Of a DNA stretch of 60,011 bases, positions 56,873 through 60,011 are shown piece after piece. Numbering within the stretch: position 1 is the stretch's first letter; each line of letters starts with the position of its first letter. The DNA comes from a virus (Duplodnaviria > Caudoviricetes): positions 1 through 60,011 of IMG/VR virus record IMGVR_UViG_3300027806_000047; one strand, 5' to 3'. A program made the translations under genes and the position numbers. The notes beneath the pieces were generated by a model. That model had not been told where the DNA came from and made no database searches. It worked only from the letters and a program-made list of their open reading frames with translations.

Positions 56873-59800
56873 CAGGCTGCAATGAAGGCTACTCGGACGA
56901 TCACCGAGTCCCAGAGTGAAAGGCCGGAAGGATACTCACAGACGACGCGGCAGCTTCCGGACGCCTGGGCGCCGCTGCGTCGAGGCACTGCCAGGAACAC
57001 GTTGTTGACGTTCTGGCCTGGCGACGGGGCATCCAACTGAGCGGTCCCGGCGACGACGTAGGTGGTGTTGCCGATCGCGTTGGTGAAGTTGACGGTGTAG
57101 TCGCCGGTGCCGTTCTTGGTGACGCTGCTGACATTGAAGTTCGCGTTGAGCGTCGTGGCCGACGGGGGCGTGCCGTCGAAGTGGCACCAGGCCACGACGC
57201 GGCCTCCGATCGTCGCCGTCAGGTTGCCGGCCGCCCGGGTGAGCGTAAGGGTGCCAGCCGAGATGCTGACGGCTGTGGTGTCACGGTTTTCGTAATAGCT
57301 CGCCGCCTGTCCGTTGAGCTGCGTCGAGTTGGTGGCGGTGGTCGCCGTCGCCGCATTGCCAGTGCAGGACGACGACGATCCGGCGATGTTCATCGTCTGG
57401 CCACTCAGCATGCCCGCAAGCGTGGCCATCGAGAGAGCCTGCGGGGCTTGGGCCACGGATGCGCTGCTGTTCCCCAGGACGCTCGAGATCGCGACGTTCT
57501 GGATCTTCGCATACGTCACCGCGCCCGCTCCGATCGTGGCCGTGATCGCTGTCGTTCCGGATCCAGAGACGTCCCCCGACAGCGTGATGCTCTGGTTGCC
57601 GGTCAGGTAGCTGACGTTGCTGCCGCCCGTCACGATGCCTTTGGCGTTGACCGTGACGTTGTTGTAGGTGCCAGCGCCGACGCCGCTGTTCGGGATCGCA
57701 GTCGAGAAGTTCGCGTCGTGGATCAGCGTGGCCCACGCGCCCCAGCCGGCGTCGATGCCGGCGCGAAGGCGGAGCACCGGGTTGGACGTGCTGTTGGCGG
57801 CGGAAGCCGAGAACAGAAGCTGGTAGTTCGGGTCGCCCTGGCTGACAGCCGTGCCGTCCCAGGGCGCGATCGTGATCAAGCCTCCGTAGTTGCCGCCCAT
57901 TGACGCGAAGGACGTGCTCTTGAACTCGAAGCTGATCTGCTTGACGTAGGTGTTCGGAGCCAGGTTGACCCCACGCCCGCCAGTGCCGCTGATCGTGTTG
58001 GATCCGGTGATGTACGCCGTTGCATCCCAAAGGCCGAGGCGGCTTCCGGATGATGACGCTCCCGCGATGTCGATCGTGTACGTGCCCGAGAGACGCGCCG
58101 ACGGGAGGGTGCCTGCGTTCAGGTTTCCAGCGTTCTGGTAGAAGCTGGCCGCCTGGCCGTTGAGTTGAGCCGCCGAACCGCTGATGTTGATGTTCCAAGT
58201 CCCGCTTGCCCCGGTGCCCGTGAGGGTCGGTGCGTAGGAGTTGTAGTTGGAACTGTTGAGAAACTGCACCCAGGAAGTCCACGTGCCGCTGTACCTTCCG
58301 CGCATCCGCAGGTCGTTGCCCTCGAGGCCGTAAGCGACCGCGAGCTGAGTCACGTTCCCTGTGCCTCCGGTCCCAGCGTACTCGAAGTTGACAGGGTGAT
58401 AGTACTGGCTGGGCCCGAAACCGTTCGTGTCGCTTCCCCGCAACAGCGTGGTGCCGGTGCCTGGCATCGTGTTTGAAACGTGGTTCCAGTCCGTCGTGCC
58501 ACCAGTCCCGAACGTCGCGAACAGCCACTTGGAGAAGGCTGTCGTAGCGATGCTGGTGCTCGAATCGGACTTGGATTGCGTGGTCGAAGAGACGGCGCTT
58601 CCACCGATGCTCAAGGACGCGGCCGTGCCAGATGCTGCGAGGACGTATGAGGTGTAGTTCCCGGCGTGAAGGACTTGGTTGCCGCCTTGCTGAAGCGCAA
58701 CTGCGAAGTTCGCGGCGGTGTTTGAGAGCGTGGCAGTCTTGGTATTTCCGCAGACGATCGTGAACGTCCCCGCCGAGCTTCCGCTCGACTGGAGCATCGT
58801 GTTGAGTGCCGATGCAACAGGTGTTGCCGTACCATCAGTGTCGTATCCGACGCGGATCCAAAATGATTGAGTGCCGGAAGGAGAGTTGACCCGCAGACCC
58901 GTCGAAGTGCCCGTCGAGATTGCAAGCTCTCCGGTCAGCGTCCCACCAGACAGGGGCAAGGCGTAGCTGTTGAAGTTGCCGGCGTGAAGAACCTGCTGGC
59001 CGTTCTGGGTGATGGCCCCAGTCACCGAAAGCGTGCTTTGCAGTGTCGCTGCCCCAACCACCTGAAACCCGCCATTTACAACGGTGTGAGCGCCTCGAAT
59101 GTAGTTCTCGTACTGTGTGCCGGTGTAGTACCCAAAATGAGTACGACCATCTCCTTGGCTCACTCCGTAGGACGCAGTTGAAAACCACGCCTGCCCTGCC
59201 GTGGATGCGGAGGCCCTGATGATGGCTCCTCCTGATTGGAGATCCCCAGAGAACGACGCGCTGGTGCCGGTGACCGCTCCCGCATTGCTCACCGAGAACA
59301 CCTCGGTCCCCGCGTTCACGTCTGAACCGCTCTTTATCGAGAGGCCGAGGGCTGCGATGACCCCGTTGCGCTGCAGTCGCACCTTCCCGACGCCCCCGAT
59401 GGCGGTGTACAGGTGCGCGGATCCGTCAGCACTCGCGCCACCGCTTATGAGGATCGCCGGGTCGGTCGTGGCCGTGACAGCAAGCTGTCCACTGACAAAC
59501 CCACCCGTCAGCGGGAGTGCGTAGCTGGTGTAGTTCTGGTCGGTGAGGCACCTGTTCCAGGTTTGCCAACTCGCAGTTCCCCACCCTCCACGGAACACCA
59601 GATCGTTGCCGGCGTGGCTGATGTAGACCTGCGCCCTGGCGTCGCTCCCGCTCCCGAAGTTGACCAAGGTCCCGTACTTGTACGCGGCGTTGGTCGGAAA
59701 GTTAGAACTCCCCGTGCCGGTCGGGATGTTGAAGTTTTCCTGGAAGATCGAGTTGACCGTCTGCGCCGTGTTCCCGAACACGTTCCAATCGTTGTAGCCA

Positions 59801-60009
59801 GGATGACCAGCAGCGCGGAGGTAGGTGTTGTTGAGGTAGGAAGTGTAGTTCCCGGCGTGGATGATGGGGTTGTCGTTGATGTTGAACCGACCGCTCGAGT
59901 AGAAGTCGATGTTCGCCCAGTCGATCTGGTTTATCGTCGAGCCCCCAACGAACAGCGAAGCACCGTTGTTCGATCCCGGCCTCAGATATGACGTGACCCT
60001 CCCGAACTC
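56872..60009 (-). CDS. long modular tail fibre (5' truncated)
   Basis: Frame is open to the window edge. Repeated VLHAGNYxSY linkers. C-terminal AWCHFDG...FNVSSVTKNGTGDYTVNF domain. Confidence 0.85.
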   Translation of the reverse strand, partial: EFGRVTSYLRPGSNNGASLFVGGSTINQIDWANIDFYSSGRFNINDNPIIHAGNYTSYLNNTYLRAAGHPGYNDWNVFGNTAQTVNSIFQENFNIPTGTGSSNFPTNAAYKYGTLVNFGSGSDARAQVYISHAGNDLVFRGGWGTASWQTWNRCLTDQNYTSYALPLTGGFVSGQLAVTATTDPAILISGGASADGSAHLYTAIGGVGKVRLQRNGVIAALGLSIKSGSDVNAGTEVFSVSNAGAVTGTSASFSGDLQSGGAIIRASASTAGQAWFSTASYGVSQGDGRTHFGYYTGTQYENYIRGAHTVVNGGFQVVGAATLQSTLSVTGAITQNGQQVLHAGNFNSYALPLSGGTLTGELAISTGTSTGLRVNSPSGTQSFWIRVGYDTDGTATPVASALNTMLQSSGSSAGTFTIVCGNTKTATLSNTAANFAVALQQGGNQVLHAGNYTSYVLAASGTAASLSIGGSAVSSTTQSKSDSSTSIATTAFSKWLFATFGTGGTTDWNHVSNTMPGTGTTLLRGSDTNGFGPSQYYHPVNFEYAGTGGTGNVTQLAVAYGLEGNDLRMRGRYSGTWTSWVQFLNSSNYNSYAPTLTGTGASGTWNINISGSAAQLNGQAASFYQNAGNLNAGTLPSARLSGTYTIDIAGASSSGSRLGLWDATAYITGSNTISGTGGRGVNLAPNTYVKQISFEFKSTSFASMGGNYGGLITIAPWDGTAVSQGDPNYQLLFSASAANSTSNPVLRLRAGIDAGWGAWATLIHDANFSTAIPNSGVGAGTYNNVTVNAKGIVTGGSNVSYLTGNQSITLSGDVSGSGTTAITATIGAGAVTYAKIQNVAISSVLGNSSASVAQAPQALSMATLAGMLSGQTMNIAGSSSSCTGNAATATTATNSTQLNGQAASYYENRDTTAVSISAGTLTLTRAAGNLTATIGGRVVAWCHFDGTPPSATTLNANFNVSSVTKNGTGDYTVNFTNAIGNTTYVVAGTAQLDAPSPGQNVNNVFLAVPRRSGAQASGSCRVVCEYPSGLSLWDSVIVRVAFIAA

Positions 60010-60011
60010 AA

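Overview
A 60-kb window of a high-GC tailed dsDNA phage with podovirus-type morphogenesis genes. It is probably most of a genome, and the ORFs at both edges are truncated. The left part is mostly on the + strand: a chain of translationally coupled small genes, a tail-fibre/virion module (1.5-7.1 kb), a probable TerS, ThyX, a methyltransferase, two glycosyltransferases, small regulators, and a replication operon. That operon encodes a secreted lysozyme-like protein, a DUF2800/Cas4-like exonuclease, an SSB-like protein, a primase-SF3 helicase, PolA, a dNMP kinase and a RuvC-like resolvase. The right part is on the - strand: tail fibre and chaperones, a double glycosyltransferase, TerL, portal, scaffold, major capsid, adaptor, two paralogous fibres, a split nozzle, ejection proteins, a 3276-aa polyvalent protein, holin, a spanin-like lipoprotein and an SNF2-like helicase. 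I saw no integrase, tRNA, CRISPR array or reverse transcriptase. Four things stand out. (1) A DDxxD isoprenoid-synthase-like gene heads four ejection genes that share two N-terminal motifs (MxDWxSGFQxF and MG[C/F][F/C]G), a candidate virion-protein prenylation system. (2) The giant protein's domains (HExxH peptidase, JAB, two ART-like, HhH glycosylase-like) are separated by a repeated FSP linker, and its ART cores sit inside near-identical DNA flanks. (3) The nozzle gene appears split by a phosphoesterase-Ig-vWA fusion and a glycosyltransferase-like gene. (4) Five predicted glycosyltransferase domains are dispersed across the window. All annotations come from motif recognition by eye; no searches were run.
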